A stretch of 64,000 nt of DNA. It comes from Octopus vulgaris. Lineage: Eukaryota. Below the pieces are notes generated by a model. The model was not told the origin of the DNA, did not search any database, and saw only the letters and a list, made by a program, of their open reading frames with translations. The DNA lies in contig OX597823.1 of assembly GCA_951406725.2 (NCBI GenBank), positions 109,988,001-110,052,000 on the forward strand. Reading direction: 5' to 3'. The translations under genes were made by a program, and so were the position numbers. Shown piece by piece: positions 42,782 through 56,212 of the stretch (the first letter of the stretch is position 1; each line of letters begins with the position of its first letter).

Positions 42782-43711
42782 ATATCACTACTATTCTTAC
42801 ATACTTGCATGTATACATGCATACATGCATACATACATGCATGTATACATATGAGTGTGTATATACGTTTATGGGAGTGTGTTTGTGTTTTATGTGAGCC
42901 TGCGTGTATGCAGTATAGACTCTAAAAATTACACTATTACACATTTGTCAGTTAACAGCAAAAACATTTTCTTTTTTTTGTTTTTTAAAATCTTCGAACT
43001 TGCCTAAACACTCAATAATCCTTTCCTTTATACATGGAGCTATTTAAAATTGATGCTCGGAGCTGATGAAAAGTGATGTATTATTTAAAAATTATGAACA
43101 AGTATAAATATTTAATGTAAGGTGGAATGTAAATATGAGGCTGCTGTAGTGATGATGGTGATGAAATCTGTTCTAAGTTTTGGAGTATATTACTTTCTGT
43201 TTTGTTTACAAATTTTATTTCATCGTATTAGGGAGATGGGGTCATGGTAAAAGGGGATGGAGGTCTTAATGTGAGAGAAAAGAACATAGTGAGTGAAACG
43301 GAAGTAAAAGAAGATAATGAATGAAAATTTGAGGTGGCAGAGATGAGGAGAGAGAAGAAATAAATGCAAGAGATTACATTGGGAATCGAAGAGAAAATAA
43401 GATGAAATATTCGTGAGGGAAACAGAAATACAGAAAAGAAGAGACAGAGAGAAGGACGCGTTAGAATAATGGGAGCGAATATTTTCTTAACTATTTCGAA
43501 CCAACCCCACCACCACCACCACTATCATTATCATCATCATCATCGTCGTCGTCATCGTCGTCGTTGTCGTCATCATCACCATCATCATCATCATCATCAT
43601 CAACGACAACCAAAATCCAGCCACAAACACGTATAAACGCAGATTTGCTTACTAGTACATCGGTATCAACGTTTAAATATACATGTATACGTCCATAATT
43701 ACATACATATA

Positions 43712-44548
43712 CGAGGTCTGCTCAATAAACATCCAGCCTTTTTGCCATAGTAACGAAGCTAAAGCATGTAGAGTGAAGCTGCTTGGCAAAGACCTTACGC
43801 TATGATGTGCATACACACTAAGTTTTAACGTTCTAGCTCACATCCGCTGTTTACAGCAGTGCTTGGAAGGAAAGTGTGTAGTGTGTGATCGTTGCTGTGC
43901 TCATGGCAGAGAAAGTTGTCATGGCAATACTTACTCAAAGGCCTACACAAAGTTGCAGAAATTTATGGAGAGGAGTATATGAGACGCACACAAGTGTACG
44001 AGTGGTTGAAACATTCCCAAGATGGCCGAAAAAGTGTGGATATTGAAAAAATTCCGAGAGACCCGCCATCAGTAGAACTTATAAAAACGTCGCGGGTGTG
44101 CGTGTAGCTGTGAAGGGAGGTCGTCGAATCATCATCCGTGAGTTTTCATAGGATGTGCAGATTAGTTACAGTTCAGTTCAAGCCATTATCACTGACGATT
44201 TCGTTATGAGACGCATGTCTGCCAAGTTTGTGCAAAAGCTGCCTACAACTGACCAAAATGACACTCGGGTTTCAGTTGTTCAAGATATACTTGATTGTGT
44301 CGAGAACGATGAAAACTTTCTGAAAACTTTGCGTAGCCCTCTGAGCAGGTATTGCCAAGCTTTTGGCAAAATTTGATGCGTAATATTCTCTCTCTGTCAT
44401 GGTGAATGCGATGATCACACGCTACACACTTTCCTTTCAAGCACTGCGCATGTACGGCAGACTTGAAAGTCAATCTTTGCTAAGTGGTTTTACAATGCAT
44501 GGATTAGCTTCGTTACTATGGCAACAGTCCGGAAACTTTTCATAGATT
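43712..44548 (+). mobile_element. Non-autonomous mariner with about 230-bp inverted 5' ends
   Basis: Begins TA-CGAGGTCTG. Contains YGEEYMRRTQVYEW...DGRKSV and ISYSSVQAII.DD..MRRMSAKFVQKL. TTGCCATAGTAACGAAGCTAA at 43742 is inverted at 44504. Confidence 0.85.
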
Positions 44549-44861
44549 GGAATTTAAATCCTAATTTCTTCAGAAATTTATTGTTTCAAGAAAAAATTGA
44601 AGTTAAATTACTTTTAATTTTTACGATTATATATTACAACATGGGCAGTAATTTCTGAGACCGAGTCAGGCGCGTGTCAACGATGTCGAGAGAACGTCTG
44701 CTACGAATAATATTTTTTGACACTAGCATGTCGGCCAGACGATGAACGAAAATAAATGAACTGCGACTAGATTCAATAAAAGGAGCTGCAAGTACATACA
44801 TGAAGTCAGTGTTGGCAGAAATTAAATCAGCTTGCAAATATACAGCCCGGGTGTCGGAGTC

Positions 44862-45029
44862 GTCACAGGAGTGGCCGTGTGATAAGTAGCTTACTTACTA
44901 ACCACATGGTTCCGTGTTCAGTCTCACTGCGGGGTATCTTGAGTAAGTGACTTCTACCATAGCCTCGGGCCGACCAAAGCCTCGTGTGTGGATTTGGTTG
45001 ACGGAAACTGAAAGAAGCCCGTCGTATAA

Positions 45030-45073
<44 letters not shown>

Positions 45074-45290
45074 CTGCTTGTGTGTCTGTTTGTGTGTTTG
45101 TCCCCCCAACACCGCTTGACAACCGATGCTGGTGTGTTTACGTCCCCGCCACTTAGCGGTTCGGCAAAAGGGACCGATAGAATAAGTACTAGGCTTACAA
45201 AGAATAAGTCCTGGGGTCGATTTGCACGACTAAAGGCCGTGCTCCACCATGGCCACAGTGAAATGACTGAAACAAGTAAGGAGTAAACAG

Positions 45291-45293
<3 letters not shown>
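44862..45293 (+). mobile_element. SINE family B
   Basis: Alignable to 7898-8276. Confidence 0.9.
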
Positions 45294-45338
<45 letters not shown>

Positions 45339-45393
45339 GGTTTATGCTGGTATCCAAGCATAAATACATTACGTGCATACATATATGCATACA

Positions 45394-45556
45394 TATTTCT
45401 TTACTCCCCACAAGGGGCTAAACACAAAAGGGACAAACAAGGACAGACAAGCGGATTAACTCGATTATATCGACCCCAGTGCGTAACTGGTACTTATTTA
45501 ATCGACCCCGAAAGGATGAAAGGCTAAGTCGACCTCAGCGGAACTTGAACTCAGAA
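45394..45556 (-). mobile_element. SINE family A, 5'-truncated
   Basis: Tail and central domain alignable to family A. Confidence 0.9.
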
Positions 45557-45860
45557 TGCATGAATACATAAGTATATACAGAGATACTTATGTATGTCGA
45601 CATACTTCGAAATACTTGAAGTTTCTTTGAATACATACTTTCTTTTACAAATTATAATTCCTAATCTCGTTCGTTTGCGTCACTGTAGCAATGGCCCCGA
45701 TGGCTATATTAAACTAAAGAACAAAAGAAATAGGTTAGAAATCATTCCAATAAATGGAAACGTACATACATGCATAAGAAGTATAAACATATAAATATTC
45801 ACTCTCCAATGTATGTACAAATTTATATATTTTATACATATACATACATGCATACAAGCA

Positions 45861-45938
<78 letters not shown>

Positions 45939-46640
45939 CTTCTCTCTCTATATATATATAATTGTGTGTATGTGTGTGTATAGAAAGGGAGAGGGGCAGA
46001 GAGTGTGATCATAGACGTGTGTACGTCTATGTGAACGTTAATCCCCGTGTCTCTACGGGTAAGTGCGTACATGTGTGCGTGTCTATTAGTAACAATATAT
46101 AATGTAATGTGTCTAAATTTATGAATATTTAGATTACATAGATAATAAAACTTCAAAAAAATACATTTTACATTTCCTTTTAAATCTAGATGAAGGAACA
46201 AATAAATAACACACGCACCAATAAAACAATAAAAACAACGGAAACTAAAATAATGGACAAAGCTACAACAGTTAAACAACATCGAATGGGAATTAGCTTT
46301 TAACAAAGTAAAAGACAGCGCGCTGGTACAAATATTATAATTATTTAAATATGAAATTTTAATATGTTAAGATAGGAAACACCAAACATCCCATTAAGAG
46401 CGAACAACGCCAGAACAAAAATAAAATCGGTATCAAAGAACATAATAAAAAGATACAATTTTAAAAATGTTTGATATACTTTACGCATTGCCATAATTTT
46501 CCTGTCGTCTTGAAGTCTCTTACTGTTCCATATTTAGAAAATGTTTTGCAAAATTCTTTAGAATTTCACTCTTTCGGTATCAAAATTCGGAGGCAGATTG
46601 TTAAATAGCAAAGGATTAACGTGTATGATGTGTGTTCGTA

Positions 46641-46824
46641 CATACATACAAACATACATACATACATATATACATACATACATACACACACATACATACA
46701 TACATACATACATACATACACACATACATACATACATATATACACACACATACATACATACACACATACATACATGCATACACACACACATACATACATA
46801 CATACATACATACATACATACACA
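46641..46824. repeat. (ATAC)n/(AC)n microsatellite
   Basis: Direct reading. Confidence 0.95.
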
Positions 46825-47099
46825 CGTTTCAAACAAGTATAGAAGTTCACAGCTTCTTAATGGTGGAGCATAAAGAAGCAGTTTCGAATATAAAAGGTTA
46901 AATAATAATGAAAGATTTAAAATAATAAACACGGCTTACTGAGTATGTTAAACATTATTAAACAAAAGAAAAGCGCTGGAAATAACATTTTAGCGTTGAC
47001 ACATGCATGCCAGAGAATGCGTTTGATAAATAAAGGGCAGCAAGTTATGTAGACTCCCAGCTAGGTCATAAATATATATGTGAGTACGTATGCGTTCAC

Positions 47100-47387
47100 T
47101 TCCCTGCCTCGGTTACCACCTTACCCTTCCAGCGCACCATTTTCATTCGAGACAATCTGACACCTCTTCCTCAACTTACACCCCCTCCTCCTAACGCGCC
47201 CTACGTGACCTTCTGGACGGTAACTTCTTCCCCACTCCTGACACCCAATAAGGCTTCTTCCCTTGCCCTCACTTATGTTACCGCATGTACCCCATCCTTT
47301 CCAATACCACTCTCCTCACCGGAACCCACAACCATTCCTACCACATCACCGATTTATTCTCCAGCAATGTAATCTACTGTAACCTCT

Positions 47388-47438
<51 letters not shown>

Positions 47439-48995
47439 CATTCCCTTTACATTGAACAAAGCGCCCAGCGTTTAGCTGATCGATTTATCGAAGATCCTCG
47501 GGACATAATATTCAGCAATGAGACCATGTTCTCGCGCCACTTCCGCTCGACAGGTCATTTGCTACTACATCCTCATGTGTTCGAACAGGACTTGTGCAGA
47601 GGCCTCTCGGACTCCTGCCTCCGCCAGAGCAGAAACTTATTTTCTCTCTTCAGTCCTCAGTCCCCGTATGATCTCAAGTCCTCAACTCCACACACATTTA
47701 CGCACACCACACACATCCCACTTTCCACTACCCAACCACCTCAATCCCACACATCTACAATGTTATACTCTATGTCAAGACTACTCACTCCCATATGCCC
47801 CCTACAACATGCACGTACAATCACGAATACGTGCATGTACACGTACACACATTATTTCCCACTTTTCACACATTGTCACTTACCTCCTCCACGTAGCATG
47901 CATATAGTCACGCATCTACGCCTCCCAAATCCAGTCTCCTTTGACCCTTATCCTGCTTTGCACCTCCACTCAGGTTGACCTATATCTACCCCTTACAATA
48001 CACATAGGTCAGATAGCCCGAACACACGCAAGTGCCCTTATACACACATATATATATACGCACAAACAGAATATACGCACACATATCAACTCCATACGCA
48101 CAAGCTTTATCTAACAGCCCAATATATATACTACTGATTACAGGAACACGTACACTCGTTCACAAACATACACACGCATAAACACATGCAATACGCGCGC
48201 ACACAGCACTGTCAAACACACACTTTATGTACAAGCACACACATGCATATATATGAGAGACTGCTTTTTACATATACACACACATACACAGATAAAAGAG
48301 ATACAAGACACAATCACGCACGCTACTTGCACAAAGTATGCACAAGTATGAACGCACACATTAGCAGATATACACATGCGTTTGCACACACACAACACAC
48401 ACATACGCATGCGTTCGGCAGCATTACACCCTCTCACATATAAGGATACGTCAACACACATAGGTAAATACACAGAGCACGTGCACACATCGTTCTACAC
48501 TCACCCACACATCGTTCCACACGCGTACATGCTTACTCACACAGGCACACATATACACTCATACACACGCGCGGGCTTGTACATGAACCTACACACATTC
48601 ACAAAAATCTACATTCCCACATGCTTGTCAAAACGCACATACAGTCGTGCTCGCCTATATACACATATATATACACATGCACACCTAATCCTCACATAGA
48701 CACTCATACTTTATCCAGGGGAATGTTGCCGTCCTTCTCTACCACCCCCGCTCAAACTACTTCCACCGTCTGCTAAATTTCTGATGGGTAACCGTTAATA
48801 GAGAAACGTTCCTTTTCTCTCAACTTCTTTTCCTCTCTCCATCTATTTTCTCTCTTCATTCTTTCTGCTGAAGTGCATAGGCTCGAAACTTCAAAGATTC
48901 TTCCATTGTTCCTTAGTGTCAATACACATTGTTTGTTGTTTCCTCACCTGTCTCAGTCTCTTAGTTTTCGTGTCCTTTGTACAATTTTGAACTAT
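47100..48995 (+). mobile_element. Penelope-like element relic: GIY-YIG endonuclease, CA-rich UTR and hammerhead-bearing terminal repeat
   Basis: SSNVIYCNLC-[(CT)n]-SLYIEQSAQRLADRFIE..RDI...SRHFRSTGH...EQKLIFSLQS at 47360-47665. A hammerhead-like motif lies at 48860-48897, and the element ends AACTATATA. Continuity across the CA-rich middle is inferred. Confidence 0.75.
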
Positions 48996-49000
48996 ATATA

Positions 49001-49225
49001 ACAAAGGACCACTGATGCGGTCGCAGTAGTGTGAAGAAAGAACTCTGGCCGAAATAACATTAAGATTAATGTAAAAAATAAATAACTCTGAAGCAAAGTA
49101 ACACCAAATATATAGTGCCTGTGTTTTTATTGGCTAAACTGCCAAAATGACCATTCCGAAATACAACAATATCTGTTTCAACACCCGACTTTACATAAAA
49201 AATCTTGCACAACAAATATATAAAC

Positions 49226-49228
<3 letters not shown>
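49001..49228 (+). mobile_element. Retrozyme/PLE-like unit with CUGAUGC-core hammerhead (49006-49050), flanked by (TA)n
   Basis: Homologous to both arms of 55778-56212. Confidence 0.75.
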
Positions 49229-49293
<65 letters not shown>

Positions 49294-49504
49294 CAGTGTA
49301 CATTTAAACACATAAGGAATCCACTCGTGGTATTCAACACGCTAGAAAGAAAGGCTAGGTTCTATAACTATAAAATTAGGGATAAAATTCGACAGGAACG
49401 AAATGAAAGAATAAAAAAAAATTATCATTTAGTTTCTTGGACCAATTGGTTTGTAATTTGAGTTTAGCAAATAAATAATATTCGCTAGGCGAATATATAT
49501 ATAT

Positions 49505-49701
49505 ATAGACGCCATGGTAGATCGTTAGCCACTACACACATTTTTTTCTCTCCTTGTTTCTCTCCTTGTTTTTTCTGTGTACCTTTCTGTAGAACAGCCT
49601 AGGCTCGAAACGTAAAATACTTTTTCTATTCCTGAGCGTTATACTAATACATCTGTTTGTTTTGTACACCACCTGTCTCCGTATTTTGTTTTTCTTGTAA
49701 A

Positions 49702-49705
<4 letters not shown>
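49505..49705 (+). mobile_element. PLE-tail-like element with hammerhead motif (49583-49618)
   Basis: CTTT-CTGTAGA-A-CAGC-CTAG-GCTC-GAAACGTA-AAA. Homologous to 35750-36018. Confidence 0.7.
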
Positions 49706-49774
<69 letters not shown>

Positions 49775-49836
49775 CAGAAACAGTAAATGGAGATTGGGAA
49801 GTTGGTAATTGCCTATTATTAACAGCAAATTAATCA

Positions 49837-49922
49837 TCTCTTACAGCTGTTTCAATTAATACTCAGTAAATATTAAGTAAGTATTAAATTTAAATGACTT
49901 GAGAATAACATCTTCAGAGGAG
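49837..49922 (-). ncRNA. Type-I hammerhead-like motif with canonical core
   Basis: Minus strand CTCCT-CTGAAGA-(AT-rich stem II)-GAAAC-AGCT-GTA-AGAG. Confidence 0.55.
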
Positions 49923-50782
49923 AAAAAAACACCCTTCGATGTTTTATATGTTTATGTATTCATTATAGCAGAATTAATGTTTATAATTTCTATTGTTATA
50001 TGTTCAGGTCAGGAGTTTGCTGGTTGATTGGAGGTGAGATAGAGTAGGTAAATAGAATTAGAACAATAACTGGATAGATTAAATAGAGATGATAGAGGAA
50101 ATTTGAAAATAAAGAAGGTAAGTTTATAGTTAATAAAGTAATGGAATGTTTGTTTATAAGATATAAATAAAGTTAGGAAAATCCGTATATATGCAAGTGC
50201 GCACCCATACATATAATATACACACATACATATATGTATCCGTATGTATATATACGAACACAGAGACAAATGCATATACTCACACACGTACACCCATATC
50301 CGCGCATATACGTATGTACGCATATATAAACATAGATGTATATGCTTAAATTTCCACAAACTTTTCCAGAAAACTCTTACCGAGTTGCAACATAACCATC
50401 CCAGTGGTGAGGGTTTGGTACAAGGGACGTAACTCTTAACCAGTTTCGTTTCATCATCATTTTCACAGCAACCACAAACCAGGTGTCTCTCTTCACATTT
50501 CACAATAATGAGCAGTCACCATATTTCTTTTCATAACGTCTTCCTTAGATGAGCGCAGGGTTGCATAATCATGTATTTACTTAACGCTCCGTTGAATCCC
50601 GAGCGCGAAATTGATTGGTAAGACCCGGTCGTAATGTATATATAATACAATACTCTACATTTCGAATAATATATCCACTTTTTTGACAGATATGCAAATG
50701 CATTTTTACCTGACTTACGGATTCTTAGATGACTTACACACACATATGTGTGTGTATGTTAATATTTATGTACATACGTACG

Positions 50783-50837
<55 letters not shown>

Positions 50838-53059
50838 GTCCGTATATATATATATATTTCATGTATATATATGTATATTATACAGATGCTTAAAAACACA
50901 CACGTACATACATTTCCTGGCCTATGTGCATACTTGCGAAAAGTTCAGACATCAGCGACACACGAATGTGGAAATTGGTGGACTTTCCAACCCGTTTTAT
51001 ATGCTTTCTTCATTTTCACTACCATCACGTGTGAAACTGTTAATACTCAATTAAAAATTTACAAAAAATAATGCAGCCTCCCCGCCTTTCTTTTCGGTAT
51101 TAAAAGTAACTAACACTTACCAATAGTTTGTTATTTTGTTATACATTTACCCCAGGTAAATCGTGTTCAAGTAGAAATATTAAAACCTTTCCAGTCGTGA
51201 CCACCCAATATATTCTATTTTTCTATAGATAGCAAATATTTCCTTCGGTATTATGATGGTGACATTTGACAGACAGAAATTTCCTGATGTTTTTAATGGA
51301 CTGAGTGACTCTATCACGTTTCACTTTCCTTGGACTGGCTATACAGACTAATCTTCCTTAAATAATACTTTATTATTTCATAAAATACATGTTTTCATCA
51401 TCATACATAAGAAAATTGGATGGAATTTCTAACTGTTACCATTTCTAGGAAGCTTATGAATTAATATCAACCAGAGAAATAATGATAATATTCACAATTA
51501 AAATTTGCATTTAATCATTGAAGCAGTGACTGAAATTTATATCTAAGGTTTTGTTCGGTATAGATTCTTCAAATTCTACTATGTATGACCTCTGTTCCGT
51601 TTAGCACAGATTCGTAATGTGAAAAAACAATTATGTTTTTATAGGAATGTATTGACAATGAGAGTAAAAGTTATAAACTATCTCATTTGAATGATATTCA
51701 ACTTTTGAGACAATAACTTTAAAGTAATAATTCTACAGACTTTAGCACGGAAAAACGTATGCAAGTGTGTGGAGTGAGCTTGGAGTAATTGATACATGAA
51801 TCTACTGCTTGATTTGCTCAAGCCAGCAGGATGAAACGAAAGTTTCTCCCCATAGGGTTTGAACGTATAACTTACAGGAGACGAAACTAATCTGATTATG
51901 CACTTAGCCCGTTGGCGAATTACGTCTTTCTCCTTCATCAAATACATAGGAATTTATAATATTCTTTAGATGGAAATTGTTTCTAATCTGATATATTTCT
52001 TGTACTTACTCGCGAAAAAAAGACAACAACAATTACAACTTCCGAAATAACAAGAGTAGAGAGCAATATCTTCTTCATTTAGAGAATTTCTCGGAGAATC
52101 TTTGATCAAAGGTGATTGATTTTAATTAGATGATTTCGGCCAATTTAATTCTAGAAATGTTTTGCAATGTAAGTCTTGCAAGAAGTAAAGGTTTTACTGT
52201 GTCATCGTTTTCTCGTCAGAAACAACATTTCATCTCAACGGTCAACCGGTATTTCACACACCATTTAAAGATTTTTCAGATTTTAGCTAGAATCTAAGAC
52301 ACAGAAACCTATTCCACTTTACCGCTCGGCTGACACACGAGGAATCCAGCCACTTGAAACAATGTTGATATGCTTCAATGGCAATATCTCCTCTTCTTTT
52401 ACACTTTACACTTTGAATAATTATTGCCTTTCTCTTGACCACATATTTCCCAAGTGGTGTCCAAATTGTTCGAACTTTTCAAGCAAAAACGGTCTTGCAA
52501 TATTAGGTTGAAGAACCAATATTTCTAGCGATTATATTGGTGTCGAAAATCACTTTCTTTTTTCCCCTTATTACATTCTTTTTCACAGCATTAGTGATTT
52601 GGAGGCTTCCATGAAGGGACACGATTTTCATTTAATTAAATTCGTTTTGAAACCCCCGTGTTGTATTCTTATTCACTCCCTACTTTTCAATTTTATTTTA
52701 TTTCATTTTTAAAGAATCTCATCTGCTGGTACGATACGTATGGTATAAAGTGACCAAAGAAAAACCAGTTCGTATCTCGTCAAAAGCTGTTGTTGTGCTG
52801 GGATGTATTATTAATTGCTATTACTGCTAACATAAATCGGAATTAGTCAACTAGGTTGTATATAATTATAAATAGTTGCAATTATGTCAAATGTAGATAT
52901 GCTTAGCTGCTGTTGAAAGAGGAGAAAACGATTAATAGATAATTATGAGCACTGTTTTCCTGGACAAGAAACGAAGCTACAGGTTCAAACTCACCTAGAA
53001 GTGATATATTATATATTATTCAATAATTCATTAAAACTTTTTGTCTTTGTATGATATAC

Positions 53060-53273
53060 ATATTGACGTGATCGCATGTGTAACGCTGGCGATTTTTTAC
53101 CTCCGTCCTCTCTTCTTTGGATCTTTACTTTTCCTATGTTTCTGACGAAGTGCTCCGCTCGAAACGGTAAACGCTCCTTCTTTCCTTCGTTTATGAGCGT
53201 CCAATAACACTATACTTGTTCCACGTCCTCACGTTGTTGTGTTTTCTCTTTGTGTTTTCATGTTTGGATTAAC
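53060..53273 (+). mobile_element. PLE-tail-like element with hammerhead motif (53138-53172), ending in (TA)n
   Basis: GTTT-CTGACGA-A-GTGC-TCC-GCTC-GAAACGGT-AAAC. Homologous to 33945-34128. Confidence 0.7.
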
Positions 53274-53358
53274 TATATATATATATATACACATATGTGT
53301 GTATGTGTGTTTGTGTGTTTATATGCGTATATATATGTATGTATACATACGCATATAT

Positions 53359-53397
<39 letters not shown>

Positions 53398-53412
53398 TGC
53401 ATACTCACACAT

Positions 53413-53444
<32 letters not shown>

Positions 53445-54142
53445 TTACGCAAACATACATACGTATGCATATATGAGTGAGTTATGTGTGTGCGTTTGCC
53501 CAGTCCTTGCAACATGCAAGTAGATGATCTTACCAATACCGAATCTTTTATCCAAAAGTGTGACTTGGAAGTATATTAACGAAAGACCAGTAGAAGTAGA
53601 AATGCTCACAAATGGTGTCCCTCAACGTAACGGCATCGATACTTAAGAAAAATAAGGAAAAGAAAAACGGGCAACCCTTTTCACTTGATTTTTTCGTGTC
53701 ATGATTTGTGTTTAAGTTAACGAAGCACAACGAAAGTAATTTGGGCTTAGTATTTAGTAACTAGTTTTGAACGACCCATAATATTTCAACTGAAAATGAT
53801 TGTAATCTTGTACTACAATACAGGTGAATATAGCCATACTGTGCAACGCTCAAATTTTCGCAGATTAAACTACAATGTACAGATTTCACAACGGGTGTCT
53901 TTACAATGGAAATGAAACAAAGATCAATTATTGATACCTATCCATTGTTGATTGCCACACATGCCTTTTCTGAAATTGAAATAATTTTGTAGATAATTGT
54001 GGGTATAGGATAACATAAAGTACATCCTAACACAAGTCGGGGGAAATGTCAACAGATTTCATAGTGTGCGAAGAGAGCGAAGACACAGAATGTCATTAGG
54101 GAAAAATCAAGAGATTATATTAAAAGTTTCGAAATATTATTT

Positions 54143-54526
54143 TCTATTCGAGTACAAGGTCAGAAATTCTGGGGTAGGGGCTCTAGTCGATGCCAGTACG
54201 CAACTGGTACTTAATTTATCGACCCCGAAAGGATGAAAGGCAAAGTCGACCTCGGCGGAATTTGAACTCAGAACGTAAAGGCAGACGAAATTACCTATTT
54301 CTTTACTACCCACAAGGAGCTAAACGCAGAGGGGACAAACAAGGACAGACAAACGGATTAAGTCGATTACATCGACCCCAGTGCGTTACTGGTACTTAAT
54401 TTATTGACCCCGAAAGGATGAAAGGCAAAGTCGACCTCGGCGGAATTTGAACTCAGAACGTAACGGCAGACGAAATACGGCTACGCATTTCGCCCTGCTT
54501 GCTAATGCTTCTGCCCGCTCGCCGCC
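54143..54526 (-). mobile_element. Tandem/nested family A SINEs (partial 54143-54294, full 54295-54526)
   Basis: The central domain is present twice. Confidence 0.9.
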
Positions 54527-54564
54527 ATGGAAAGTCTAAAATATCAATATCATAGATGAAACAA

Positions 54565-54777
54565 GTCGGTGAGCTGGCAGAAACGTCAGCACGCCAAACG
54601 AAACGCTTAGCAGTGAGTTCGTCTCTCTTTACGTTCTGAGTTCAAATTTCGCCGAGGTCGACCTTGCCTTTCATCTTTACAGGGAACGATAAATTAAGTA
54701 CTAGTTGCGTACTGGGGTTGATCTAATCGACTGGACCCTCCCCCCAAAATGTCAGGCCTTGTTCCTAGAGTAGAAAA
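54565..54777 (+). mobile_element. Family A-head SINE with alternative tail
   Basis: TSD ATAGATGAAAC at 54552-54562 and 54782-54792. Tail CCCTCCCCCCAAAATGTCAGGCCTTGTTCCTAGAGTAGAAA. Confidence 0.9.
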
Positions 54778-55777
54778 TAATATAGATGAAACTTTGTTTG
54801 TCAAAACTCAGTAAAACCAAAATCCAATCTTCTTACGTTCTAAGCAATTTATGCATTTCAGAGATGATTTAGTGAAATAAAGACTAAGGAAAACTGAGAC
54901 AGCAATTGTATCAGTCAACTCTGGAAAAGACGATGTAAACTCAGGAAAAGACGATGTAAATAAACTTGTATATGTAAGGACATGCATATACAAACTTATA
55001 TGTTACTATTTATTATCTACCTCTGCACAAATTTCTCTCGCCTGTCCATATCCATCTTATCCCTACCACAGATTAATCACCATTTTCTTCAGAACTTTGA
55101 CACTCTGTTTTAAAAGGCAATGAAAACTCTTTCAAATCTCTCGCTGCCTTCGTAAAAGAAGCTAGAATGTGTTAGATATAATGTTGTCGTAGACAAACTA
55201 TGTCAACAAACTGGTCACAACTGGACTGTTTTTCATGCTTACTCATAGTTGAGAACAGCAACAGCAATGACACTGCTAACACCTTCGCCAACATCAACAC
55301 CAAAATCAAAAGGAACAGCATCAATTGCGAATAAACCTGAGAGATTAAAATTTATAAGATATTCCGTGAGCGAAAAAGTTTTCATTACATAATCTGAATT
55401 TGGTTTGGGAATAACAAAATATAGGTCCGTATAGTTTAACTGATTATTAACAAAATGACGCAATTAGAAACAGATTCATCCGAAAAATGTCTGTACTGCA
55501 GTGAATAATACAGTACAGATAGTTTGATATGGCAATGCAGGTTTAGAGGTTGTTTTTCGTTTGAGAAAAATAAACCTTAATTTTTCCGGTTCGTAGATAC
55601 GTAATCGCTCGACAAGTTGCAAATAGCAACGTAACCTTCTTTAAAAGTTTGCAACTAAAAGTATGCACTGGAAAGTATCGTCATTTTACAAACCGCACAC
55701 ATCGGTGGGCTGGATGAAATATTTAAAATGATAGTTAGTTCCAGTAATAGAATTTAAAGAAAGCATTGGATTCAGTT

Positions 55778-56212
55778 AGTACGTTTAAATATTTGATGTG
55801 CAAGATTTTTTATGTGAAGTCGTGTGTTGAAACAGATATTGTTATATTTCGGAATGGTCATATTGCCAGTTTAGCCAATAAAAACACACGCACCATATAT
55901 TTGGTGTTATTTTGCTTCAGTGATATTTATTTTTTACTTTAATCTTAATCTTATTTCGGCCAGAGTTCTTTCGTCACACTCCTGTGACCGCATCAAAATG
56001 GCTGACGGTTAGTAAGGAGAGACACAAATACGAAAGAAGAAAACAAAGGACCACTGATGCGGTCACAGGAGTGTGACGAAAGAACTCTGGTCGAAATAAG
56101 ACTAAGATTAATGTAAAAAATAAATAGCACTGAAGCAAAATAACACCAAATATATGGTGCGTGTGTTTTTATTGGCTAAACTGGCAATATGACCATTCCG
56201 AAATATAACAAT
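55778..56212. mobile_element. Palindromic PLE/retrozyme-like insertion with 160-bp inverted arms and 13-bp TSD
   Basis: Arms 55836-55995 and 56055-56214. TSD ATTGGATTCAGTT at 55765-55777 and 56213-56225. Hammerhead-like motif at 56049-56092. Confidence 0.85.

Noticed and set aside
51700-52662. Tc1/mariner traces (FSSETTFHLNG; EAYQHCFKW on the opposite strand; TIR-like TTTTGAAACCCCCGTG)
   Set aside because: The fragments are too short and inconsistent in strand to define an element.
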